Assembly: GCF_001194135.2 (NCBI RefSeq)
Contig: NC_068982.1
Coordinates: 8,229,191 to 8,275,858, forward strand
Direction: 5' to 3'
Source of the DNA: Octopus bimaculoides
Lineage: Eukaryota
DNA: 46,668 nucleotides
Below, one piece after another: positions 34,348 through 46,506 of this stretch. Position 1 is the first letter of the stretch. The number at the start of each line of letters is the position of its first letter. A program made the position numbers and the translations under genes. The notes under the pieces were generated by a model, which worked only from the letters and a program-made list of their open reading frames with translations, was not told the origin of the DNA and did no database searches.

Positions 34348-34489
34348 CTGAACAAGGGTATATGCACAAGCCACAGGTTCTAGAGTATAGGTGAGTTTGT
34401 CAAATGTTACAATAGTGTTACGTCCCAATATAGTACAAGTTGATGGGCATTTTCTTTCTTCACAAGTCCACTTCCCCTTATAACACATG
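34348..34489 (-). CDS. vWC-like end + vWD2 start (CMCYKGKWTCEERKCPSTCTILGRNTIVTFDKLTYTLEPVACAYTLVQ)
   Basis: cttttgcag/gtaaca, 142 nt, phase 2-0. Confidence 0.93.
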
Positions 34490-35029
34490 CTGCAAAAGTA
34501 AATGATAAAGTGCACTGTTCTCCATTTAAGCATTTTAATATCATTTTATGCAAACGAAATGGAAGACGATATCTTAGTATCACTTGTAGTAGAGAACTGG
34601 TGTGAAGAAATCAGAAAACTATTTTGAAAAGTAGAATATGGGAAATAATGAAATAGCTGCTGATTAGACAGTAGGCGTTGTTCTATGATAACCATTTATG
34701 TCTTAATGAGATTGTTAGCAGACAGAAATGGATATAAAGTTATTTCTTAAAGCTAAGAGATGAGGTAAAAATTTAAGTTTCATTATAACAAAAAAATGCA
34801 GATAGAAAATTTAATTGATGAAATCCTGGTGATTCCTGAGTGTTTAATCTATAATCTCCTGCTTGCCTACCATGCTTGTGTCATTGTGTACCATGTGACA
34901 ATGCAATTGTGATACATATTCTACTGAGAAAAGTTAGCTAAGAAACTGAAGAAGCCATTATTTTTTAAATGCTAATAAGAACCATCTGGAACAGTATTGC
35001 TCAAATTTGTTTCAGTTACTGCTCTTTTT

Positions 35030-35560
35030 GTTTTATACTCTTACTCTTTTACTTGTTTCAGTCATTTGACTGCACCCATGCTGGAGCACCGCCTTTATAG
35101 CCGACCAAATCGACCCCAGAGTTTATTCTTTGTAAGCCTAGTACTTATTCTATCAGTTTCTTTTGCTGGACCGCTAAGTTACGGGGACACAAACACACCA
35201 GCATCGGTTGTCAAGCGATGCTGGGCAGACAAACAAACACACACACACACACACATATATGATGGACTTCTTTCAGTTTCTGTCTACCAAATCCACTCAC
35301 AAGACTTTGGTTGGCCCGAGGCTATTGGAGAAGACAGTTGCCCAAGGTGCCACGCAGTGAGACTGAACCCGGGACCATGTGGTTGGTAAGCAAGCTACTT
35401 ACCCCACAGCCACTCCTGCACCTTTATCTTTATCTTTTCTTTTACTTGTTTCAGTCATTAGACTGTGGCCATGCTGGGGCACCACCTTGAAGTTTTAGTC
35501 GAATAAATCGAACCCAGGACTTATTTTCTAAGCCTGGTACTTATCCTATTGGTCTCTTAC
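35030..35560 (-). mobile_element. SINE family 1 (35030-35425) plus adjacent partial copy
   Basis: Family consensus. Confidence 0.8.
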
Positions 35561-36211
35561 TAAAACTTCCATTGGCCTCTTATTATGATTCAATGCTTCC
35601 TTTACAACGTATGTACATATCAACCCAAGGTAAATTAATTCCAGGTACTAGCTTGTCATAAGACTACTTACCAAAGTATAATCTTACTATGTGCTAATAT
35701 TTGTCATCCTTACATAGTAATCCAACCATTAATATGTGGCTTTAGTCAAACTCAGACATATATTCTCAGTGTTTTATATATGCTCAGTATCTAACAGATA
35801 TATAGAAATAATTAGTAGAAAGGGAACGAATTAAATTAAATATTTTTAAAAGAAATAAACCCACTACCAGCATTCCTTACCCAGGGAATGGTAGCATTTT
35901 TGTGATGTAGTAATAAAATAAATAATCAGACTATGGATGACTAAATTACAACAGGTATATAGCCCATTCTTTGTATTATAGTGCATTGTTGTACCATTGA
36001 AAACTTTTTATTCTTTACAGACAATACACAAAACTTCAAGCGAACTACAATACTCTCCTAAATGACATTAGAAATCTTGCAACCTGAAATACAGCAAATT
36101 GTCTTGGCTACAATGCTAGTTTGACATGAAGCTGGTATGGAATTTATTGATAAATGAAGAATTTAATTTTTTGTGTTTAACTGCACTTGACCATTGTACA
36201 TAATGTTAGTT

Positions 36212-36582
36212 AGTTGGCACTCCGTCGCTTACGACGTTGAGGGTTCCAGTTGATCCGATCATCGGAACAGCCTGTTCGTGAAATTAACGTGCAAGTGGCT
36301 GAGCACTCCACAGACACGTGTACCCTTGGGGATATTCAGCGTGACACAGTGTGACAAGGCTGACCCTTTGAATTACAGGCACAAAAGAAACAGGAAGAAA
36401 GAGTGAGAGAAAGTTGTGGTGGAAGAGTACAGCAGGGTTCACCACCATCCCCTGCCGGAGCCTCGTGGAGCTTTAGGTGTTTTCGCTCAATAAACACTCA
36501 CAACGCCCGGTCTGAGAATCGAAACCGCGATCCTATGACCGCGAGTCCGCTGCCCTAACCACTGGGCCATTGCGCCTCCACT
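36212..36582 (-). mobile_element. tRNA-derived SINE family 2, full length
   Basis: Head GGAGGCGCAATGGCCCAGTGGTTAGGGCAGCGGACTCGCGG (TCG anticodon-like, tRNA-Arg-related); body shared with 8705-8883. Confidence 0.85.
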
Positions 36583-37239
36583 GTACATAATTTAGAGATA
36601 AGAAATTGTATATCATGTGCAATAGTAAAATACCGAAAACAACAAAAAATATACCATTTTCTTCTACTTAATTGATACCGAACATTATGTAAAAAATGCA
36701 GTTTCTCAACTATTGAATATATTTTTAGAATCAGAAAATGATCCAACAAAATGCAAGACTCATTGCACATAAAGCATTGCCTTCTGAGCTGGTAGAAGTG
36801 GATTCATGTCAAAGAGTAATGATCTATGAGACTGCTATCTAGGTAATATCATCCATAGACAGATGAAACAATACCACAATAAATGTTGCATATCAATGTC
36901 CAAGTTCTACTATACTACAGGGAACCATACAACAGAGATTCCTCCTCCTCCTCCTCCTCCTCCTATGCATTCCTATCAAGCCCAGTTAAGGAGGTGTGAC
37001 AATGGAGATGACTCTGTATCTATGAAAATCCATAGTGCATTTCAGAATATTACATACCATAAGCATTGTATAGAATTATTCTTTAGATGTATTATCAATA
37101 CTTTCTGTTTGTAAATAGTCTGTATAAATATTTACAGCTTGGATCCTATTTAGCTTGCTAGATGTCAATAAAACAATAAATTTCATAAGGAAAATTAATA
37201 AGAACCAAAATGCTTAGAAAATGAAGATTTGTTTTTTAC

Positions 37240-37480
37240 CAAAGATTACATTCCATTTTGACTTGAGATTTGGCTGGAAATTTCTTCCCTTCATATTCAC
37301 AAGGACAATCTTGTAGATCAATACACTTTCCATTTTCATAGATTTTATTTTCAGGACAATGGCATCCAGGAGTGCAGAAGAAATTGCATGCAGAAATCTC
37401 TTTTCCTAAAACACTGGCACATGTTTTGGGACATGGTGGGGCACAATCACTGTATACCATGCCAAAAAGACATTCTTGTC
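37240..37480 (-). CDS. TIL1 + vWC-like exon (QECLFGMVYSDCAPPCPKTC...PGCHCPENKIYENGKCIDLQDCPCEYEG...ECNL)
   Basis: tatttcttag/gtaaaa, 241 nt, phase 1-2. Confidence 0.95.
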
Positions 37481-37714
37481 CTAAGAAATATAAATTGTAG
37501 TCAGCTTATGCTAATTTATTCATAAAAAAACAAAACAAAACAAACTGGTAGAATAATGTAAACAACACTCAAAACAACACCAAAGCTGGTATAATGATAA
37601 AATGACATCATGTATTAAATATGGAAACCATAATTGACATAAAACAGAATTTGGAAAGCATCATCATCATCATCATCATTTAGCATCCATTTTCCATGCT
37701 GGCATGGGTTAGAA

Positions 37715-38035
37715 CAATGCTTCTCACCTGGGATCCATATGGTCCCTCAGTGTCCATATAAAATTTTTTTTGAGCCCATGCAACGAAATAGCAAACTGGG
37801 GATCCAGAAGAGAATTTGAAGGGCCTCTGTAAAAGTTTTGCTTCAAATGTATGCATTGGTATGTATTGTAAGAAACAGCCACGTTTCTTTCTCTAACATT
37901 TTACATCAGTTCAACCTACACAAGTTAATGTGTGAAAAACAAAATAGGAATTCTAGAAGATGTTTCTATAAGACTACTGTTTAAACATCGAATGGTAATG
38001 GGGGTCCACCAGAATAAAATGGTTGAGAACCCCTG
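37715..38035. mobile_element. hAT-Charlie-like MITE
   Basis: TIRs CAATGCTTCTCACC / GGTTGAGAACCCCTG; 8-bp TSD GGTTAGAA / GGTTAGAC. Confidence 0.8.
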
Positions 38036-38080
38036 GGTTAGACAGTTTAACTGGGACTGTTAAACCAGAGAGCCATACCA

Positions 38081-38208
38081 GGCTCAAGTCTCATTCGCCT
38101 CCAGTCTCATTCGGCTCCAGTCTCATTTGGCTCCTGTCTCATTCGGCTCCAGTCTCATTCGGCTCCAGTCTCATTTGGCTCCTGTCTCATTCGGCTCCAG
38201 TCTCATTC
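38081..38208. repeat. 16-bp minisatellite x8 (GGCTCCAGTCTCATTC)
   Basis: Eight units counted directly. Confidence 0.95.
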
Positions 38209-38255
38209 TATGGCTGGATGCTCTTCCTAACACCAACCACTCCAAGAGTCTAAGG

Positions 38256-38774
38256 CAGTGGTTCCCAACCTGGGGTCTGCGGACCTCTGGTGGTTCACAA
38301 AGGTAGTACTGGGGACCCATGAACAGAATTCAAAATTTCGTATATATATAATATATATATATATACCAGGGATGTGCCATCTAGGTAGGCAAGGTAGGCA
38401 CTGCCTACCTTGAATAAAATAGATCGATAGCAACATTTCCCTTTTATGGCAAAATATGCTCCTAATTCAATAAAATGATGAAGGTTACTCTGATTACTAT
38501 GTATAAAATGCAAGATATTTGATTTTTTGTAGATTATGTAAGCATAATTCGCCCCTGCCTTTCAATCTCAGTATTTGAGCTATGCATAGCAATGCTGTAA
38601 TACAGTGTGTTGTATACATTCCTACAACACCATTTTCTTTACATGTTATAAAGGCAGAAGTAAATCTACCTTCAACTCATTTGTGTGCCTGTGTTTCACT
38701 TATTTTTTTGAGTGTTTTACTACATAAAAAGTCACCAACAGCCTACCCTGAGTAATTACTGACAGCACATGCCT

Positions 38775-38872
<98 letters not shown>

Positions 38873-38962
38873 CATAAGGATAAACATATTAAAAGGGGTC
38901 TGTGGGAAAACTCATTTAGACAAAAGGGGTGGAAACCATTGTGAAAAGGTCAGGAACCACTG
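38256..38962. mobile_element. hAT-Charlie-like MITE containing a second MITE (38367-38775)
   Basis: Outer TIRs CAGTGGTTCCC / GGAACCACTG; inner TIRs CAGGGATGTGCCATC / GACAGCACATGCCTG. Confidence 0.7.
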
Positions 38963-39479
38963 ATCTAGTGGGTGCTTTTTTATGAGTCACTGGCACGGGT
39001 GCCTTTTATGTGTTACCAGCATGGGATCATCATCTTCATTTAGCATCCGCTTTCCATGCCGGGAATGGGTTAGACAGCATCTTTTGTTATCACAAGTAGA
39101 CTTATTTTTGGTGTGGAGGAAATGGACAGTGATGGTAGCCATGAAAGGTTCAATGGGGCCAGTGAGATCAATGACCCCTGCAAGTAGTGAGATCAACACT
39201 GTTCGTGTTTCTTATGAATAATTGCAAGTTGACAAGTGCAGAAAATGGATATTGGCAATGGGGAAGAATTCTAGATAGCCAAAGTTTGCTTCCCAACCAC
39301 ATTTCTGGGTTCAGTCCCACTCCATGATACCTTGGGCAAGTGTTTTCTACTATAGGTTGTGCAGTGAGTAAAACAGATACTAAATAGTGAGGATTATTTG
39401 AAATTGATAATCATTGGGCATTTTCAAAGGGTTTTCTAAATCTCACTAAAAATATGAATATTGAACAAGCAATACTCAC

Positions 39480-39642
39480 TACAAGGTGTATTAAGCCTCC
39501 AGTTTGGCACCGGAGAGCCAAATGATAAGCATTCAAAGGAAATCTCTGCCATTGCAGTACAAGCTGCTTGATATGATTCTTCTTTGGTTCCAGCTGCTCT
39601 CACAGAATTGTAACAATGGTACTTGAGCATTGGATTTGTAAT
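39480..39642 (-). CDS. C8 domain of D1, 3' exon (ITNPMLKYHCYNSV...ACTAMAEISFECLSFGSPVPNWRLNTPC)
   Basis: ttcaattag/gtgagt, 163 nt, phase 0-1. Confidence 0.9.
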
Positions 39643-40120
39643 CTAATTGAATAAAATAATATAATCGAATCAGAATAATTAATTTTGAATACAGCAGTAT
39701 TCTTACATCATTTAATTTTTATTTCTTACATCATTTAATTCATATTTAACATGATTATCTATAATATATCATTTCAAAATAACATACAATTCAAATTTGA
39801 ATATAAATTTTGTAGGAATATAACTTGAGAGTCAATTTTCATAGCTCATTCAACAATAGACATTCATAGCTTGACAACAGAAAATATAATTTTATTCTAA
39901 TTTTATTGATATTTAGAATGAAACACTGTTAATAATTGAGAATATTTAAAAATTATTATTGATACTGCTTTTCCCACCCCAAAATTATACTATAATATTT
40001 AGCTAACTTTTTTTTATAAAACTGTGGAACTAAATTCTCATTATATTTTTGACGTTCTAAAAAATCATAAAGATTGGGAGAAAAAAGAAGAATGAAACAA
40101 ACACAGCAATCATAGATTAG

Positions 40121-40178
<58 letters not shown>

Positions 40179-41416
40179 NNNNNNNNNNNNNNNNNNNNNN
40201 NNNNNNNNNNNNNNNNNNNNNNNNNNNNNNNNNNNNNNNNNNNNNNNNNNNNNNNNNNNNNNNNNNNNNNNNNNNNNNNNNNNNNNNNNNNNNNNNNNNN
40301 NNNNNNNNNNNNNNNNNNNNNNNNNNNNNNNNNNNNNNNNNNNNNNNNNNNNNNNNNNNNNNNNNNNNNNNNNNNNNNNNNNNNNNNNNNNNNNNNNNNN
40401 NNNNNNNNNNNNNNNNNNNNNNNNNNNNNNNNNNNNNNATAAAAAAACAAAATACAAAAATGTTTTTTGCCTTTTGAAGTTCTGTATATTTTGTAAATTC
40501 ACATTTATTGCAATAGATTGCCAGTTTGCAGGATTTAACAATATTTATTTGGCCAAATATTGCTTTCAGTAAATCATTCAAAATATGATTGCTAACAAAT
40601 TTATTCTAAGGTAATTTATCACTAAATATTATTGAATATTTAAAATATAGATAAATAAAAACAACTTATTTATGATATATTTTTTTCCCAAATTTTTTAG
40701 GGTTACAATTAATGCAGTATTATGTTACTATAATAAGCTTCATTAATTTAATACTAAAAGCTTATGAGAGCTGCAAGCAAAAAAAAAAAAAAAAATTAAA
40801 ATGACTAATACTACATTTTCTGTACTGGAAAATTGCTTACAGTCATGTTTTGATACTGCTTAGATTAAATATTGTAACAATAGCTTTATTAAATAAAATC
40901 ATTTAATAAAAGACTTTGTTACTTTGCAGTAGTGAAAATCATATCTCTTATATGGAAATGAATGAGTCCTTCTAATGCTACAAACAAAATTAATTTTAAG
41001 TGACAGATCATGATGAAGCCAGGAGGAGATGATGAACGGTGGTTTGGCCACCTCTGCTAAGCCACCAATGGTGGCATGTTACAGTTTAGCAGTGAAACAT
41101 CCAGTGATTATTGGATACCATAGAATGACATTAGTTTCTCCTGGTCAAAACTCGATTCACTTTGGTGAGTTGAAAAAAAGCACCTTTTTGCAGGTGTTAT
41201 CAATAACATATTAACGATATCTTTCCTAAATAAAACTACTTAGTAAAAATTTTGACCATTTGCAGTGGTGACAATCATATCACTCCTATGGAAATGAATG
41301 AGTCCTTCTAACGCTCCAAACAACATAAATTATAGGTGGTGGGCCTTGATATTTTAGCTGTATAACGTTTTACAAATTGAAAAGAATATTGGTGTTTAGA
41401 TTGTTTAATTACATAC

Positions 41417-41515
41417 CAAAAGTGGACACTTGTCAAACAGTGAGGCCAAAAGACAGATACTGTTAGCTTCTGGAAATCTGCTATCCATTTCAGAAGAAAA
41501 CTTATTGGTGAGACA
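41417..41515 (-). CDS. C8 domain of D1, 5' exon (CLTNKFSSEMDSRFPEANSICLLASLFDKCPLL)
   Basis: atatttccag/gtatgt, 99 nt, phase 0-0; not in the ORF track. Confidence 0.82.
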
Positions 41516-41649
41516 CTGGAAATATATGACCGAGTTACATTTGTATAATTATATGATGTAACTAATAAAGAATCATAAAAATATAATTATTGTAAATCCA
41601 TTCTGTAAATAATAATTCTGTTATTTACACAAGGCAAGTATTTTTGTTA

Positions 41650-41780
41650 GGAGAGAAGTGGTACTGTTTTTCCATGCCAAATCAGACTGGAACCTGGTGC
41701 AGCTGTTATGCTTGCCAGCTCTGGTCAAAGCATTCGATCTATGGCAGCATGGAAAGCAGATGTTAAATGATGATGATGGT
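41650..41780. mobile_element. Family 4 terminal arm
   Basis: ATCAGACTGGAACCTGGTGCAGC...GCATGGAAAGCAGATGTTAAATGATGATG. Confidence 0.65.
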
Positions 41781-41829
41781 GGTGGTGGCGGTGGTGGTGA
41801 TGGGTGTAGAGGAAGGAAGAAGGGCAACG

Positions 41830-42080
41830 ACCTTTGTAGGATTTCTGAGATTGGTGAGATTGATGGCATTAATGTTATTTTTCAACTGTTGCAAGTTGAT
41901 ATCAGCTGAAAGGACATGAGCAGGGAGGAGAACCAAGGAAGCTGATATAATGGGGGAAGAAGGACAAAGTGTAGTACTTAGTGCAGAACTTGAGGTGAGG
42001 TTGCACACATAGTAAGCATAATGGGTGAATTGGGAGTGCTGGAGGTGGAGGACAAGCTTGTTCCAAGAAATAGAAGCTAT
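41830..42080 (-). mobile_element. Decayed CR1/L2-type LINE 3' end
   Basis: Piecewise translation CTKYYTLSFFPHYI / LPAHVLSA...QQLKNNIN resembles the SFFPxxIxxWNxLP...FK C-terminus. Confidence 0.55.
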
Positions 42081-42084
42081 CATA

Positions 42085-42252
42085 GGAGAGAGGGAGGGGC
42101 AGAGGGAGGGAGGGAAAAAGAGAAGAGAGAGAGAGAGAGGGGCAGAGGGAGGGAAAAGAGAAGAGAGAGAGGAGCAGAGGGAGGGAAAAGAGAAGAGAGA
42201 GAGGGAGAAACAAAGGGGAGAGAAAGAGTGAAAGAGTGAGAGGGAGAGGAGG
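42085..42252. repeat. Polypurine (GA-rich) tract with ~30-bp sub-repeats
   Basis: Almost purine-only; GCAGAGGGAGGGAAAAGAGAAGAGAGAG recurs three times. Confidence 0.9.
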
Positions 42253-42777
42253 CAATAAACCTGTGGGCATGAGGCTTGAATATGTCTGAGTAATTTTATT
42301 CTAATAATTCATGTGATTTTTCTCTGGATGTAGTCCAGGGTGCACTTTCATGTGCATGTGTGTGCATGTACACACGCATACACACACGCATGCACACACA
42401 CACACAGCCACCTACGCAAGGACTGATAAAATATAATAGGAAACAAGGTAGACGAGGAAAATGTGTCACCCCCGAATTTTTCGAAGATATCGGGGGCAAA
42501 GTTTGGGTACGAGGCTGTGTGCACCCGTAATTGACAAGATCTAAAAATGGCGAAATGCACCTGGCTTTATGCTAACAGTGGTCGGGACGATATTTCGTTT
42601 TCTTCCTATAGAGTGTGTTTAACACACTACGTCTATAAAAGATTTTATCTCGGACAAAGACCTTAGAATCTTGCCTGTTAATGGCGTATCTACATTATAT
42701 ATGATGTAAGGAAGGTTATCTTAATTTAATGCTGCTTCAATTGCGTACGACGGATTTTTATTCAGCCTGGTGACACA

Positions 42778-42860
42778 TACAACGCCCGGTCTGGGAATCG
42801 AAACCGCGAACCTCCGACCGCGAGTACGCTGCCCTAACCACTGGGCCATTGCGCCTCCAC
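42778..42860 (-). mobile_element. SINE family 2 head
   Basis: Matches 36505-36582. Confidence 0.8.
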
Positions 42861-42915
42861 GTTTTGCATTTATAATAAAACAAATATATACAAATTATAA
42901 AAATAAAAAAAATAT

Positions 42916-43005
42916 ACAGTACAATACTGTTTCTACTTCACGGATTTTCGCCTATCGCGGGTTTTTTTGGAACGTAATACCCGCGATAGTCGAGGGATTA
43001 CCGTA
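42916..43005. mobile_element. Degenerate Tigger-like MITE
   Basis: Right end CGAGGGATTACCG|TA; internal CTATCGCGG / CCGCGATAG inversion. Confidence 0.5.
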
Positions 43006-43103
43006 TAGAGATATTACACGAACTCAACGCAGATATAGTCGAATCCAATAACAATGGAAATGCGAGTGTTTCATAGTATAAAAAGTATGCAATAAAATAA
43101 TAC

Positions 43104-43183
43104 CTTGTATGGGGGTGTTATGTAAGCCTCAACAAATTCCTCAAAATCCTTCAGGTAAACGCCGTCTGGCCTTTTAAAATCAT
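43104..43183 (-). CDS. vWD1 end exon (NDFKRPDGVYLKDFEEFVEAYITPPYK)
   Basis: aatattttatag/gtatta, 80 nt, phase 1-0; xDFxxPDG...F motif continues GLCGDYDKNPS; not in the ORF track. Confidence 0.87.
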
Positions 43184-45489
43184 CTATAAAATATTTGGTA
43201 AGAGAATTATTAATATCATATAATTCTGCATATCCGCCTTCATCTATTATACAATTGATAATTGCATTATGAGTTCCGAAGGCAGAAATCTCTTCAGGGC
43301 CAAAATCGACATATTCATCTTTACATCCTAATAGATTGGGTTTTCATTATAGACTAAGATAGCAGCATACGTTTTTTTTGTGTGTGTGAGTGTGTGTTAG
43401 AATATTCGCCTTTAAGCTTAATTGTCACACATCCACACACACAGAGAAAGAAGACACATACGACAATTAAGAGATTTCTACCTTCGGAACTCATAATGCA
43501 ATTTTTAATTTTATAATAAATGAAGGCGAATATTGAAACGATCGTAGGCATTATGTAATCGACAGTTATGTACATAAATTGATTTTGCTGTATTCAAACT
43601 CTCCGTTTTCTTTATATTATACTACTATATATATACATACAAACACACATATATATATACATATATGTGTGTGTGTGTGTGCGTGCGCGGACGTGTGTGT
43701 TAGGCTTTGGCTCTTCAGGTGTATGTGAGTTGGGTCCTTAGAGCATTCTAGTTGTTTACACTAATTCGCAATAGTTTTGAAGCGGAGTTTTGGAAGTAAC
43801 ACGTGGCTGTAAACTTTTTCCGACAATTTCTTCAACTTCATGTTTTAAACATCACTTACAACTCGATAAAATAGTTTTAAACCATTTCTAGTTTCATGTT
43901 GATAGATTTATGACTTCACCACACTATTTCTTCATCTCACTAAACCCATCACATCTAAATTTACATATTTCTGAAAGTGGCTTCCCCCTCTTGAACTGTA
44001 CACACCATTTCTTATTTGAATTTTTATCTTTCCGATGGTGACCTTTCCCATGTATTTAATTGCTTTCCTAAATAAATATATACTCTCCTTTAAAGGATCT
44101 GAGAAATCTATAAGATGATGTACAAGCACTCAGCTCTAAATATACCGCATTTTATAACAGAAACAGCTGTAAGGTAATAAAGTTGATTACGTAACTCCTG
44201 TTCCTTTGCCGTTTTGTTAATTTTATATTACTCTCTGCACTCGCCTAACGTTTTATTCTCAGGGATATGTACATCGAGTGCTAACAACATGGTATTAGCC
44301 ACGCTATGGCTAAAGGAAATCGTAAAATATGTTTACGTACATAGATTTGTTAATATGCATAGGTGGGAATATGTATCTATGTAAGTATACACGAATGTTG
44401 ATGAACCATGCTTGTCACCACTTAAGCAAAATGGGTATTTTCATATTGTTTCTTGTTGATATTATGGCTAGTCAACAGGAATTTTTGAATAAAACATCCC
44501 TTACCTGAAAATCAGTTAAAGGTTGGTGACAGGAGCAGCATCCAGTCATGAATCTTGCTTCAAATAACTTCCCAGTCCAATGCATGCGAGCATGTAAAAT
44601 GGGCTTTAAACATACACGTACACACACGCAAACACACACATACACACATACACACTAAACACACACTCTCTCGTGTGCGTGCACGTTGTGAGAGCATGTG
44701 TGTATGGTTGTATATGCATGTACACACAAACACGCTCTCTCTATCTCCCTCACAAACACGCACATATAAATATTATGGAGATAGGGTTAAAATTCAAGCT
44801 GTGTCTTCTGCTTATACGAGTATTCCAAATCCGTATGTATTATTTGCTTCCCTGTCTGAACAGTTTCTAATAGGGGATAGGTTACATGTTCCTACTACAT
44901 GTACAAGTTTGTAACTCCTATTAGCAAATGAAACATGTGTATTGGTGAATAAATAATACCAATACATTTTCCAATCTTCTATTTTGATATACATACATAA
45001 ATACATACATCACCCACACACCCACACCCACACACACCATCAACAATCAAAACAANNNNNNNNNNNNNNNNNNNNNNNNNNNNNNNNNNNNNNNNNNNNN
45101 NNNNNNNNNNNNNNNNNNNNNNNNNNNNNNNNNNNNNNNNNNNNNNNNNNNNNNNNNNNNNNNNNNNNNNNNNNNNNNNNNNNNNNNNNNNNNNNNNNNN
45201 NNNNNNNNNNNNNNNNNNNNNNNNNNNNNNNNNNNNNNNNNNNNNNNNNNNNNNNNNNNNNNNNNNNNNNNNNNNNNNNNNNNNNNNNNNNNNNNNNNNN
45301 NNNNNNNNNNNNNNNNNNNNNNNNNNNNNNNNNNNNNNNNNNNNNNNNNNNNNNNNNNNNNNNNNNNNNNNNNNNNNNNNNNNNNNNNNNNNNNNNNNNN
45401 NNNNNNNNNNNNNNNNNNNNNNNNNNNNNNNNNNNNNNNNNNNNNNNNNNNNNNNNATATATATATAAATTTTAAAAACTGATACTTAC

Positions 45490-45657
45490 TGGAAGGGTTT
45501 TTATCATAGTCTCCACATAGACCTTTCAACTTAAGATCACCAAGTAATATCTCATTAGGTGTTATTTGAATAAATAATTTCTCGTCCATCAAAATTTTAA
45601 TTGGTATTGTTGAAATCTCTATTGCCATATACTCATTGTGTTTATAGACAAAAACAT
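45490..45657 (-). CDS. vWD1 C-terminal exon (VFVYKHNEYMAIEIS...KLKGLCGDYDKNPS)
   Basis: ctatttcag/gtaagt, 168 nt, phase 1-1; upstream exons lie outside the window. Confidence 0.9.
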
Positions 45658-45934
45658 CTGAAATAGTTAACCATCAATTCTCATTTCAAACGCCAACAAA
45701 TCAATAGAACATGAAAAAAAAAAAAAAATTGAGAATATAATGATACAGTATATTAAATATGAATCTAGATGTAAAACAGCGGTAGATGAATACTGAACGA
45801 TGTTGTGATATTTAAAACAAAATGACACATTTAAATGTGTAGAAATTCCCTGTAGAGAATTAAATATTTATTGATTTTTCAACTTTGTAATGTCTTCTAA
45901 ATTCTATCTAAGTTTGGTGTTTTTGAAACCTTGC

Positions 45935-46085
45935 TTTCTGGTAAGAAGTTTGCTTCACAACCACATGTGTTCCGCGTTCATTGTCACTGCGTGAAACCTT
46001 GGGCAAGTATCTTTTACTATAGCTTTGATCCGACCCAAGATTTAAGAGTGGATTTGGTAGACGGAAACTGAAAGAGGCCATCGTA

Positions 46086-46168
<83 letters not shown>

Positions 46169-46366
46169 CTTTGTGTTTGTTCCCCACTGCCGCTTGGCAA
46201 CCGGCGTTGGTACGTTTACTTCCCCGTAAAAGAGCGGTTCAACAAAGATATCGGTGGAATAGAAGCTCAAAAAAAGTACTGGGGTTGATTCGTTCGACAA
46301 AATTTCTTCAAAGCGGCGCTCCAGCCTGGCCGCAATCTAATGACTGAAACAACTACCAGATAAAAG
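45935..46366 (+). mobile_element. SINE family 1, diverged
   Basis: Family consensus with (AT)n(GT)n core. Confidence 0.8.
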
Positions 46367-46506
46367 TCACACGTCTTCAATCTATGTTCCATTATTTTCC
46401 TATTTGTTGGTGACAGATTGTGCATCTGCTCGACCAGCAGAATTCCGACAAGCACATCTACCCTTAATGCAATCCTCGGGTCAAATCATTGTGCACAATG
46501 TGACAT

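Larger units (their letters stand above)
37660..39003. mobile_element. Family 4 element split by nested MITEs
   Basis: Consensus resumes after each insert (38036 and 38963). Confidence 0.7.

Noticed and set aside
38081-38208. CRISPR-like periodic repeat
   Set aside because: Contiguous tandem units with no spacers, in a eukaryotic intron.
44501-44590. Strong donor CAG/GTAAGG with an upstream open frame
   Set aside because: Lies in sequence resembling the GGATGC-CTTCCT-CACCAACC repeat core; no convincing acceptor or domain match.
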